In this document: piece after piece, positions 53,156 through 64,000 of the stretch | How the letters are laid out: every line of letters starts with the position of its first letter | Position numbering within the stretch: position 1 is the stretch's first letter | Source of the DNA: Octopus bimaculoides | Lineage: Eukaryota | Reading direction: 5' to 3' | Assembly (NCBI RefSeq): GCF_001194135.2 | Contig: NC_068994.1 | Coordinates: 29,482,016-29,546,015, forward strand | DNA length: 64,000 nt | The notes under the pieces: generated by a model | Told to the model about the DNA's origin: nothing | The model's database searches: none | The model's input: only the letters and a program-made list of their open reading frames with translations | Position numbers and translations under genes: made by a program

Positions 53156-53253
53156 TATTACAATTGTTTCAACACATCTGGCATCGATCCCAAATGAGTG
53201 GGATACTTAACTGGTTCAGGAGTATCCAATGGTGCAGATGTCTCTTCAGGTGA
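53156..53253 (-). ncRNA. Type-I hammerhead-ribozyme-like motif with extended stem II
   Basis: Minus strand UCAC-CUGAAGA-G-ACAUCUG...[GGAUACU/AGUAUCC hairpin]...CAGAUGU-GUU-GAAAC-AAUU-GUA-AUA; core intact, stem I weak. Confidence 0.5.
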
Positions 53254-53305
53254 TAAATAGATATAACTTGTTAAAATAACAGTTCCACAATGTATTTTCT
53301 CATTT

Positions 53306-53344
<39 letters not shown>

Positions 53345-53560
53345 GTATATAAATACACATATACACCACACACATGTATACACTTACATCAGACAGTGAA
53401 AATGAGTGGTGAATACATGGGTGGATAGATATTCTTTATTTGTGGGTTAACAAGGCTACCATTGGTTTCATGCAGAGAATTCTCAGCAATTATCAAACTG
53501 GCCACATTGGGATGTTGGTACTCATCTGCATCTTGGACGAAATATATATGTGTGTATATA

Positions 53561-53820
53561 TCATCATCATCATTGTTTAACGTCCATTTTCCATGTTACC
53601 ATGGGTTGGATGATTTGACTGAGGACTGGCAAGCCAGAAGGCTGCACCAGGCTCCAATCTGATCTGGCAGAGTTTCTACAGCTGAATGCCCTTCCTAATG
53701 CCAACCAATCTGAGAGTGTAGTGGGTGCTTTAACGTGCCACCGGCACGAGGGCCAGTCACACGGTACTGGCAACGGCCACGCTCAAAAAGGTGTTTTTTA
53801 CGTGCCACCTGCACGGGAGC
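53561..53820 (-). mobile_element. 5'-truncated RTE 3' end
   Basis: Reverse complement of the 32366-32625 type; flanked by TA-rich repeats. Confidence 0.88.
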
Positions 53821-54824
53821 CATACATATATATACATATATATATATGTTTAACAGCCAGATACCTTTCCTAATGCTAATGCTTACCTATTTTCCAAGCA
53901 AGGGCTCTCTTATTCCACCCAGCTTCAAAGGCACAAAGCAGATGATTTATTGATAGAAGTACCAACATCAGCATTTGAACATCATGATCTTTAAATAAGA
54001 ATAAACAAATACACATCACAGACATGCGTATGTACACAAACATCTATATGTGTGGTGTATGTTTACATACAAAAGGCCTCTTACTAGTTTCTGTCAAATT
54101 GACTTACAAGGCTTTGGTTGACCTGGAGAGCTAGTAGAAGTCACTTACCCAAGGTTTCTGTGCACTGGTACTAAACCTGAAATCATGTGATTGGGCAGTG
54201 TACTTCTTAATACATACATATATGTGTATAACTGAATGCTCACATTGGGCTTTACATGAAAATGCACTGAACTATGGACAATGATTTTGTTGACATTTTC
54301 CTTTCAACAAATTTTCTGCTAGCTCCACACATTGAAAGATAAGTGGAATGAAAAATTCTTTACTTGAGAAACAGTTAAGTGTTAGCAATACAGACTTGTC
54401 TGCCATGATAGCATGGAAATAAGGATTAAAGCAAATAAATGAATTCCACTTTAGAGAAAATGGAGCCAGAAAATTAAATAAAATAATTTTCTACTGTGAT
54501 GGTATTTGTTTCTTCTGTTTAGAGATCAAATACCTTCAAATTTTTTTTCTCTTGAGATATTTTTTTATTGCTTAGCCAGGAAAGAAAAAAAAAGATAGTG
54601 ACCGTTCTCTTCTTTATTCCTTCTGAGACTAGAGGGTGGGGAAGGAAGAGAAGTTATCCATACATTAGAGAACTAGTAAGAATTCTTGCAAGAAAGTCGA
54701 CTCCACCAAAGGCACACACGGATCAGCTGTTAAACTGGGTGACAGATTTAGTTTACCACAGTTTACATAGACAAGAACCTAAACAGACCAATAGATATGC
54801 AGTCTTCAAGTTTCAGGCATGGTA

Positions 54825-55940
54825 TTATTTAGTGACATAAATGTGTGGTGAGGGAATACTGAGAGGCGCTGCACTTGTATACATTTGTAGGGCAGGGAAA
54901 ATTGCTGGAGTCATTTGAACAGTTGTTGGGAACACTGGCAATACAGATGCCACTTGACCAGAATTAGCCAGAATAATAGGCATTTTGGTGTTCTCTTCTG
55001 GTACAAGGATTTCACTTATTTGGGCTGGCAAAGAGCTTTGATTGATTGTAAGATTTGTTGACTGGTTCTTAACTATTTCTTGTTGAGGTAGCTCACATTG
55101 GTTGTTGACTTGGTGAGCATTAGTGCTTTCTTGTTTACAATTTGATGTTGAAGAGTCCAGAAAGACATATGCTGTCTCTTTGTGCGTTTTATCAGATGGA
55201 TCACTGTCATTGCTACTATTCCTTTGGGATTGTTGATGGCACTGAGGCAGTGATGGTATTGCAGGGTTTAAATTTACTATTAACTGGTTGCTTATACTCA
55301 TTTCAATGTTGTCCAACTCAGTTAATTCTTTAGTTTGAGCAGTAAAATTAGGTGGAACACAACTGAGCTTTCTTTTACCCTTGCTCAACTGATTGTGCTT
55401 TACTAATCTGTCACGCCTACTGAATGCAAAACCACATATCTGGCATTTGAACGGACGTTCACCTGTATGTATCCTCCGATGTACTTTGAGATGGTCGCTA
55501 CGAGACAGTGCTTTGCCACAGATATCACATTTGAATCTCTTCTCACTCAAATGTGATCCCATGTGCCGCATGAGGTGATGATTCCTAGAAAACGTGCAGC
55601 CACAAGTCTCACACCTATATGGTCGGACACCAGTGTGAATTGTTTTGTGTAGTTTCAAGTGATCTCTTCGTGACAGCATTTTGCCACAAATGTCACATGT
55701 GAATGAATGAGGATTGCTATGAGACAATCCAACAGATGATGATGATGATGATGATATTGATGATGATGATGATGTTATTGATGATGATGATGATGTTAAT
55801 GATGATGATGATGATGATGATGCAATGGCAGCCTGTGGAGTGACCAATATTCCATTGTGAAAGTCATTTTCAGACACTCTAACCGTATTTATGTTTGATT
55901 TGTCAATACATAACATGTCTGCATGAAGTTCATCTTTCAT
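54825..55940 (-). CDS. C2H2 zinc-finger protein (3 intact and 1 degenerate finger) with poly-Ser tract, 371 aa
   Basis: FTCDIC, YRCETC and FKCDIC fingers with TGVRP and TGERP linkers; fourth finger lacks its last His; in-frame TGA lies upstream of the ATG. Confidence 0.9.
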   Translation of the reverse strand: MKDELHADMLCIDKSNINTVRVSENDFHNGILVTPQAAIASSSSSSSLTSSSSSITSSSSSISSSSSSSVGLSHSNPHSFTCDICGKMLSRRDHLKLHKTIHTGVRPYRCETCGCTFSRNHHLMRHMGSHLSEKRFKCDICGKALSRSDHLKVHRRIHTGERPFKCQICGFAFSRRDRLVKHNQLSKGKRKLSCVPPNFTAQTKELTELDNIEMSISNQLIVNLNPAIPSLPQCHQQSQRNSSNDSDPSDKTHKETAYVFLDSSTSNCKQESTNAHQVNNQCELPQQEIVKNQSTNLTINQSSLPAQISEILVPEENTKMPIILANSGQVASVLPVFPTTVQMTPAIFPALQMYTSAAPLSIPSPHIYVTK

Positions 55941-56019
55941 CGCTGAGTTATTGGAAGAAATGTCACCAGAAAGTGAAAGATAGATATGGTGAGAAGTCTT
56001 TTGAGAGTTGTCAGGTAAA

Positions 56020-56250
56020 TTAGTATGATACTGGGTTCGATTTCAAATGTATTGTTGCTATTGATGGTTGTATTAGTGCTATCGTTGTGAATATGGATGT
56101 TGCAACAGAGTCAGGGTTTGTTACAGTACAACACATCTTGGTTCCTGATGTTTTTTCATTGAGGTAACTTTGTCTTTGAGATGGATGAACTTGTCAGCAA
56201 GGAGGATTATATATCTCATGCCTGCTTAAGACTGAAATGAAACAAAAACT
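56020..56250 (-). promoter_or_regulatory. Splice acceptor and two overlapping uORFs in the putative 5'UTR of the 371-aa ZNF
   Basis: tttttgtttcatttcAG at 56233-56232; uORFs 56219-56121 (32 aa) and 56136-56020 (38 aa). Confidence 0.45.
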
Positions 56251-56889
56251 CAATTAAATCAATTAAATACAAAAACATTGTCATGCAGCTATCTAGAAGT
56301 AATATTTCATTAAAGATTATAAACACAGTTCACAAATATTGGCATAAATTTTTGTACATTTATCAGCCAGTAAGGAAGCCTCTTAATGGTCACTCAACAT
56401 AATAGTAACAGTAAACAAATTTCCTTCAAATTACACTGTCACCTTAAAAAGAAATTCCAGATGGTTTAGACTGGAACATTTGTGATTATAGGGCAGTTGC
56501 ATCAAGGCTGACCAAGGATTAAAAAACATTAGCACCTACACAGGTAAAATATAATTTATATAAATATTGAAATCTCTTACACAAAACATTACACACAATG
56601 ACATGTAGCATTATAACTCATGTAGACAGCCACACTTACGTCATTCCCTACCACCACATATAGCTCATATGTTAACACCCACATCTGAAGTAACACTTCA
56701 AACTGCTCATAGTAATGTGTCACCTCATATGCAATTTGCTGTAGCTAATCTCTCTGATGGAAATCACTGGGCACAGGCTGTATATCTAATCATTTTCTAT
56801 CCCAGATTTCACAAAAGAGAATAAGTCACTTTGTATTACATTACCATCTGATATTCCTTACCTCTCATATCATTAAATTATTTGAGATG

Positions 56890-57290
56890 ACCTTTTTCCT
56901 TAAGTCCTTTGCTCCTTATAGGCCATCAACAACTTTTCTCCACTTTTCTTGACTTTGGGATGTTTTTGCTGCTTCTCTCCAGTTTGATTTTTCCTTTTCC
57001 TTTTTGGACTTTGCTAGATCACACTATGCTGAGAAGGTCTTCTCTCATATTTTGCTGATTCTGAATTGTCATCAATGCTTCTGTATTTTTTATTTTTTTC
57101 TAGGTAGGGATGTTGATTCTATGCAAACCCATTTTTACTTCTGGGAAGAGATGGTCCATATTAATCTGGCCTCTATTCTTTAACCTGTACAGCGTTGGAG
57201 GCCATACCAAGAGCTTGTGCTCTGCTAGACATAGCTCTCAGGGCCACTGATACACTCAAGCCATCACACAGCAACAAGGACTGGACTTTA
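56890..57290. mobile_element. Old LINE-like terminal remnants
   Basis: Minus strand W.EA.....KWRKVV.GL-like 3' end next to a plus-strand leader-like segment; heavily decayed. Confidence 0.35.
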
Positions 57291-59710
57291 TCGGAGATTT
57301 GAGGTGGTAGTAAGATAAACAATAACTGAGTTTCTAGAGGTCAACAAACTTCTAAATCCCAACCAGCATTGTTTTCACAACGGCAGAGACTTTCTTACAA
57401 TATCTGCAGCACTTTGATAACATTTTAAATGCTTAGGAAGAGGGTTCCAAATCATTGCTTCAACAGATAAAGGTGACCACAACATTCTATGCAAAAGCTA
57501 TCTAATATTGGAGTTAAGAGGAAGCTACTGCAGTGGATTAACCAAACATGCTGTGATCAACTGAATCATTAGTGGTATCCCCTAAGGCCAATGGTTCTCA
57601 AAATGCCAAATACCAGTCTTTCCACTAAATATTAGTGAAAAATTTTGCCACTACCACTTTATTAATGAGAAGATCAAATAGTTTGCATCCTGATAATTCT
57701 TCTTTCTTTATAATAGTGTTGGACAAGTTTAAAACAATCTCAATTTTAATTTTTTTACTCCCTTTTCAGTTAGGCCCACATGTCATCATTACATACATGA
57801 GACCATAAATTCATCAAACACAGTAAAATAAAATTTTTTACAGAAGTCTAGGCCCCAGAAAATCATCAATGGATTTAATGATTCAACAGAAGTCCTGACT
57901 TAGATGATATTATTTAATGGATGGAGGGAGTGGAATCTCCAGCATGTTACTATAGGAAGAAAAATTTGAGTTCATCTCCTTTAGAAAAGTGAATTTACTT
58001 AAACAACATTATCTTCTCTTGAGAGAGCCTCATGTGGTAACAAATAATGTCAGTCTTAGGTGTACTGCCAACAATAACAACGAAGTCAATAGGATTTGCT
58101 GATGTGCTCTTGGATCTTTAGTAGGGTGATAAGAGGAGGGTTGTGCAAGGAGGTAGTCTAAGACTTTCCAACATTATAAAGGTTGAATAAGGACAGAATT
58201 TTCCACTTTAAGGATCCTGATGCTATACTTTTTCTCATTATATTTATTTCCTTGATATCACCTTGAATACCGTTACCAACTGTGAGCAAAATATGATAAT
58301 TGAAGCACCCGAGAGACCAATTATCAAAAAATATGTATATATTAAGGCATTTATGTGAATATATATTTAAATATAAAGTATATTCAATTAATTGTATGTG
58401 GTTTTAAAATACATAAAAATAATAAACATTGAATAAATATGTAGAATCTGATATATAACATATTTTATTCAGACTGATTTCGATGTTTTGCCAATCGTGG
58501 TTCATCCAAATAATTTGAACAAGCTGCAGTTGGCGATACTTAGAAGTTACAGTCGATAAAATCATAATGCACACATACTTGTGCGTGTATGTATATGTAT
58601 TTATGTATGTACACACACACATGCGTATATGAGTGCGTAAATCAGTTCACAACCGCGGCTCTCAGGGCCGCATACGACCCTAGAAATTGTATAAAAAATT
58701 AAAATATTTTGTGTTTTGTAGAAGTATAGCCAATTCATTGCACATAGAATTTAACAATAAAATTTTATATGGACCTCACCCAAGGGGGGGGGGGAGGTCC
58801 ACTGAGTTAAAAAGATACATAGACAAACAGCGATAATTAATAGATTGATTTGAAAATATATTTACCTCTAAGTTAATCAACCGACGTGTTGATTATGATA
58901 TATTCGTTGAAACAAACTTTACATGCCTATCGCATCTACAAAGAAGGTTTCGTGCAAAATCGTCCATGCTTTGTAATAGATACTAGACTAATGGATACTA
59001 GTCATATTTATATNNNNNNNNNNTATATATATAGTTTTTTTCTATTAACAACAGTCACTTGAAAGTTGCTACAACAGCTCAATGAAAATCTGAAGGGTAA
59101 AAGATATATATTAAATCAGGGAATACAATATATCATGCAAAAATTAGTTTGTTTGTTTGTTGCATTGACACATACCAAAGACATATACTATAATTAGTCT
59201 GGAAGAGGGCGAAAAAGAAGAAAGGTGCAGCATTCATGCCTTGTCCAAAGAGCAATTAATGAATCAAAACAAAGCAAGAATGAGAAGAGGGCAGGGAAAC
59301 AAAGTATGATGTGTATGTACGTATGTGAGCGCGCATGTATGCTTGTATGTATGCATGAATGTGTATGTATACGAGTATGAGTGTGCGCGCTCGAGTGTAC
59401 ATGTGCACATGTGTGTGCGTGTATGTGTTTACGCTCGTGTGTATGCGTACGTGTGCGTGTGTGTGTCTATAACCTTTACGAAGAAAAAGTAAAAGTATTT
59501 TTTTAAAATGTTATGGTAAAGAAATAATCAACTGAAATCAAAGATTACTTTTAGTTGGTCTCACGACTTTTCGCGTGTCGACGCTTTTTAGTTTGGTGAA
59601 AACATTCGTATTATACATCAACGCGTACTAATGATGGTGAGACTTGTAAACATAAAAATCACATGAAAAACAACACAAACAAATGCAAGAAAAACACATC
59701 CAAGGGAGAT

Positions 59711-59720
59711 AAGATGGCGG
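59711..59720 (+). promoter_or_regulatory. YY1-like AAGATGGCGG motif in a CpG-retaining region
   Basis: Exact AAGATGGCGG, which also forms an ATG GCG start context. Confidence 0.35.
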
Positions 59721-60064
59721 ACTTTTTTGTCTCTAACAGTAAATCTAATTCATTAATTATAAAATTTAATAGAGGAATGCTGCCGTTCGATTTTATTAAA
59801 ACAGTTAACGATGAAAACAAATTAAAATATGGGTGATGAAAGTTAAAACATTCCAATAAAATTCTTTTTTTCTGACTACTGCAAATGCAGTCGGGTTGTT
59901 GTGGAGGATGTTTAGCCCCCGGTCAGGCGTTGTGACCATTCCGACTTTTCTTTTGACAGTTATGTATTATCCACTGTATTCATCTTTTTTATTAAGATTG
60001 TAAGACTCCGTCTTAGATTATATTCAAATGTTGAATGATTACAGAGCACAAGAAAACTATTCTT

Positions 60065-60265
60065 TTTACTATAGGCACACGGCTTGGAATTTTGAGGGAG
60101 AGGGTTAGTCGATTACAACGACCCCAGTGCATTTATTTCATCGACTTCGACAGGATGAAAGGCAAAGTCGGCCTCGGCAGAATTTGAGCTCAGAACGTTA
60201 AGACAGACGAAATGCTGCGAAGCATTTTCCCCGGCATGCTAACAATTCTGCCAGTTCGCCGTCTT
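60065..60265 (-). mobile_element. SINE family B, best-preserved copy
   Basis: Minus strand ggcgaactggcagaattgttagcatgccgggg...gccgactttgcctttcatcctgtcgaagtcgatgaaataaatgc; CpGs intact. Confidence 0.85.
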
Positions 60266-61239
60266 CAAGCACAAGGAAAACTATGACGAATGAGATAATT
60301 AATGAGTGGAACAAAAACAGGCCACATTCATATCTCAGTCATTGATTTTAATGTACCTCCACGTACAAAGATAAAGGCGAAGCCAAAATCTTTTGGCTTT
60401 TGCAAAATGTATTGTGTCAAAAGCTGACGACAAACGATTGCAAAGTAACACTTTAGTCATTAAAATGTAAAGCAATGATGCTATCAAGGTAGGATTGTCA
60501 GATTAGAAAATTAGATATACGGGACACTCTTAAAATCTCCCTCTATATAAATTTATACATGTCTACACACCTAGAACAATATGTTATATAAAAGTCGAGA
60601 CATAAGTTAAAAACATAAAGCAATTATTTTAATGGGTTATGAGAAAAACAAAAGTAAAATCATTTCAAAATTATTTAATACAAGCTAAAAATAAAATAAA
60701 TTCTGTTAAAGTGAAATAATTTGAAAATATTTCTTTAATACAGAAACAGAGAAATAAAAAAAAAATCTGTTATATCGAAATCATTGTAATTTTTTTAAAT
60801 TTAATGGCAAATAAGGACAATATAGAAAAAAAATCTTTTAACGTGAATGCATTTGAATATTATTTTTTAAGACAAGCAATAACTAAAAGAAATACTGAGA
60901 AAGTGAAATAATTGCAAAATTCAATAAAGACAATAGAAAAATGCAAAAGAAATAATGTAGAAAATTGCTATCTAATGCAAACAATTCAGAAAATAGGCTA
61001 AAAAGTTGTGTTTCATATGAAGAACATGAAAACAAACAAAACTGATAAGCTTATATGCAAAATTTTCTTAAAAGACTACGCGAGAATGAAAACCATTTTT
61101 CATAGCACAGTTTGGTCTTCCATTAATCAGGCTTGATCTGCATCTCTTTAGCAAGGAGTTTTTTAAATGTTGACCACTGACAGAAAAGAATGTTGTCAAT
61201 TTTTTATACCTTTGTTCTTTAACACTAGACAAGGCGATT

Positions 61240-62520
61240 CTACATGTTCCCACGCTGGGAATGTATCTAATAACATCCATGTAAAGTTATCAAAATTTTG
61301 AAAAGGCAAACCCATTTCCTTAGGTTGTCATGGCAAGTGCCGTAGTAGTTATCCACTTCAAGACGTAGTAATTTCTTTTTCTCTTCATATTTGACATCGT
61401 CAGCAATCCGTCACACTGAGAGGAATAAACTTTTTCATTAATTCTTTTCTTTATAACTGCAACGAGTTCTTTAAAACAACCAAGCACTTCAATAATGCTA
61501 TTTTCTCTCTATTCTATCTTCATAATCCTGTTGCTAAAAGCATATTCAAAACTGCGAACAAGATATAAGTAGGCTTCGTTCAGCGGATTATTGAAGGACT
61601 CTACAAGAATTTGAGGGACCTTTTCTTCAAAATAAAAAAAAAAAAGGATTCTCTCAACTGCTCTTATCAAGGAAAGCCAACGAGTTTTAGAATGTGAGAG
61701 AATTGAGGCATACTGCACATCAACGTACATCTTCTGAAATCGAATAGTATAACTGCTAAAGCATGAAAACAATATAACAACAATTGCTTCAACATCAACA
61801 GAAAGAACATTGGCTGCGGTATGAGCAGAATTGTGCAGAATATAGGCTGGACATCCAGCACCATCTATCGATTCATTCATGCTTTCCTTGAATTTTGAAT
61901 AGACTTTATTTGTGCCAGTGCGCAAACGTCCACCAAAATTAGTATTTGTGTTATCTCTACTAAAAGCTATGCTTTCTTCACATCTAGTCCTAACTTGACG
62001 AGGCTCTCTCTGCAGAAGCTTGCTATTGTTTCCGAGGTCTCATTTGGAGGGATTTTAACTTTATCAGTAAAACCTTTTCACGTGAAAAACATTGCATAAT
62101 CAACGGGAAAATTTTCTCAGCGTTGTGATTATTTACACCTGTAGATATGCTCTAAAAAAGAGTTATTTATATCTTTAACAATCCCCGCAATAGTGTATGG
62201 AGCCATAACATTTTTTAATATTGCAGCACATTTAATCTTAGCACTTGAAAAATTGCATGCAATTTTAGAATCAGGAAATACTGTTGGTAGTAGTACGTTC
62301 GTACAGTCATTTGAACACAGTATAAAATGCCATTGCAACTTCTGCGGCTATTATTTTACTTTCTTCATCTATGTTTTTCTTGATCAAGAAGTTTGTTATT
62401 TTACCAGCTCCTTTTGAAGTAGAGGGAATACTACTTTTGTGCTTTGCTGTTTCTAAGTGTTGCTTGATGTCAGACTTCCTACTATGTTCAATACTGAACT
62501 ATAGTCAATAAACTCACAGC
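61240..62520 (-). mobile_element. hAT-superfamily transposase relic
   Basis: N-terminal FSIEHSRKSDIKQHLETAKHK zinc-finger remnant, FPDSKIACNFS, GCPAYILHN and SHSKTRWLSLIRAVER; many stops and frameshifts. Confidence 0.8.
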
Positions 62521-62829
62521 AATTCGAAAGAAGGTTCTTTGGTTCATTGCACTCATTAGAGCTGGTGTTATCGATAAATTTGCTATCAATTGCTTAAAAC
62601 CCTCACTAAAGCGCACACAAACCACAATCCACCAGAACACAAAGCAGTACTACCGCTGCAATGTCTGCACAAACTCAGTCTACATATAATATATAGACCA
62701 GGACTCTGGAAAGGAGCTTTCTGGATTGGAACAAAATTCCAGAAATTATTACACTAAAAGTGATGTGATCTCTAGGTGTGAGCTAACAGAAGTAGGAAAA
62801 TCTAATAATGATTTCAGATTCTGGCATAA

Positions 62830-63015
62830 GGCCAGCAATTTTAGAGAGGGAATGATCGATGGCATCGATTCCAATACTCAACTGGTACTTATTTTTTATC
62901 GACCCCGAAAGGATTAAAGGTAAAGTTGACATCAACGGAATTTGGACTTAGAACTTAAAGGGTTGGAAGAAACGTCACGAAGCATTTTAAGATTAACACC
63001 GACTCAAAAGGCGGC
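62830..63015 (-). mobile_element. SINE family B copy
   Basis: atcgaccccgaaaggattaaaggtaaagttgac...gaatttggacttagaac. Confidence 0.75.
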
Positions 63016-63021
63016 ATATGA

Positions 63022-63022
63022 C

Positions 63023-63086
<64 letters not shown>

Positions 63087-63259
63087 TTATCTATCTATCG
63101 ATCTGTCCGTCCGTCCGTCCGTCCGTCTGTCTGTCTGTATGCCTGTCCGTCCGTACGTCCTTCCGTCTATCTGCTTATGCATGCATGTATGTGCGTGTAT
63201 GTATGTATGTATGGATGGATGGATGCATGCATGTATCTGCTTGTCTGTCTCCTTTCTCT

Positions 63260-63302
<43 letters not shown>
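63022..63302. repeat. Compound microsatellite (CTAT)n(CCGT)n(CTGT)n(ATGT)n...(AG)n
   Basis: Read directly from the sequence. Confidence 0.95.
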
Positions 63303-63309
<7 letters not shown>

Positions 63310-63384
63310 GGGAAAGAATTGATATGTAAATATCCAAAAAATATATCCACAGCAATTAAGAGGTTAATTAATAATAAGTCCAGT

Positions 63385-63539
63385 CACTAGCGTAGCTAGA
63401 GGTGGCGCGGTCCGCTCGGGCGGCACTTTTAAAAGGGCACCACTTTTGGGTCTGCTGTAGGCAATATGTGTTTTTGTGGGGTCCGTGTGCAGCAAACAGA
63501 TGGCCGCCCCGGGCGGCACACACTCTAGCTACGCTAGTG
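63385..63539. mobile_element. GC-rich MITE, hAT-like, 155 bp
   Basis: Perfect 17-bp TIR CACTAGCGTAGCTAGAG; 8-bp flanks AGTCCAGT and GGTCCTGT (6/8 match). Confidence 0.8.
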
Positions 63540-63693
63540 GGTCCTGTATGCTATCACACTTCTATAAATCCACGAGTAATTATGTATTTTAATTACGTAA
63601 TTAATGAAATAATCATGTTTATTATCAATAAAACAGTTGTTTAGCATAATCATGAACTATATGTGATACACATGTTTTTCTTTTTATCAAATA

Positions 63694-63784
63694 CTAGCAG
63701 AAATACCCGGCGTTGCCCGGGTTAAAGAGAATAATGAAATCTAAAAACGCCGTCTAGACTACGCATCATCTTTATATATAGAGA
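63694..63784 (-). mobile_element. 91-bp mini-Helitron
   Basis: Minus strand A|TCTCTATATATAAAG...CCCGG-GCAACG-CCGGG-TATTTCTG-CTAG|T: 5' TC, subterminal GC hairpin, 3' CTAG, inserted between A and T. Confidence 0.75.
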
Positions 63785-64000
63785 TGTATATACACACACG
63801 CACCCAAACACACGCATATATATGTATATCAATATAAATATATGAACGTCAATGAAGTTTCGTAAAAGAAGGTGATCATGTACATACTTTCTTGCTGTTG
63901 TGATAATAACACCACGTTGTAAACAATGTTCCTTGTTTTCCCTTGTGGAGCATATACAAATAGGTTTTTTTTGCTGCCCACTCTTGAGCAGCCAACATAC

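Noticed and set aside
55941-56120. N-terminal extension of the 371-aa ZNF by a single frameshift
   Set aside because: The in-frame region hits TGA about 90 nt upstream, and no alternative frame gives a clean ATG-led fusion.
59545-59645. GTCTCAC/GTGAGAC stem with GAAA-GTC, hammerhead candidate
   Set aside because: The CTAATGA core-like motif is on the opposite strand from GAAA, so the topology is impossible.
63018-63390. Microsatellite ORFs (also 34083-34358, 49360-49771, 58404-58622)
   Set aside because: Translations are simple-repeat artefacts (YLSI, ERER, YIYI).

Overview
AT-rich, repeat-dense eukaryotic scaffold with N-gaps at 5227-5919, 27387-27396, 38986-39188, 40419-40978, 47128-48055 and 59014-59023. 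The repeat families and clustered C2H2 genes suggest a cephalopod, probably Octopus; this is inference and no search was run. All host genes I can support are C2H2 zinc-finger genes on the minus strand: a 14-finger tandem-array ORF (17247-18578), its decayed paralogue (about 10260-11195), a small finger relic (about 16560-16790), a homopolymer-rich 4+1-finger ORF (34555-36012) and a Ser-rich 3+1-finger ORF (54825-55940). The rest is mostly transposon debris: many RTE-clade LINE copies, two SINE families, Tc1 and mariner relics and MITEs, a Gypsy relic, a Penelope-like relic, a hAT transposase relic and Helitron-like elements. Best leads: two minimal type-I hammerhead-ribozyme-like motifs on the ZNF strand; a 614-bp modular foldback element with a perfect 8-bp TSD; a TTAA MITE that supplies the stop codon of the 14-finger gene; whole-finger gain/loss between the tandem paralogues; a PHD-like finger and a 65-nt hairpin array in the RTE LINE; and a ZNF whose helices predict (NGA)n binding, resembling that LINE's tail. 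No CRISPR, rRNA or true tRNA genes were seen. TE boundaries without TSDs are approximate.
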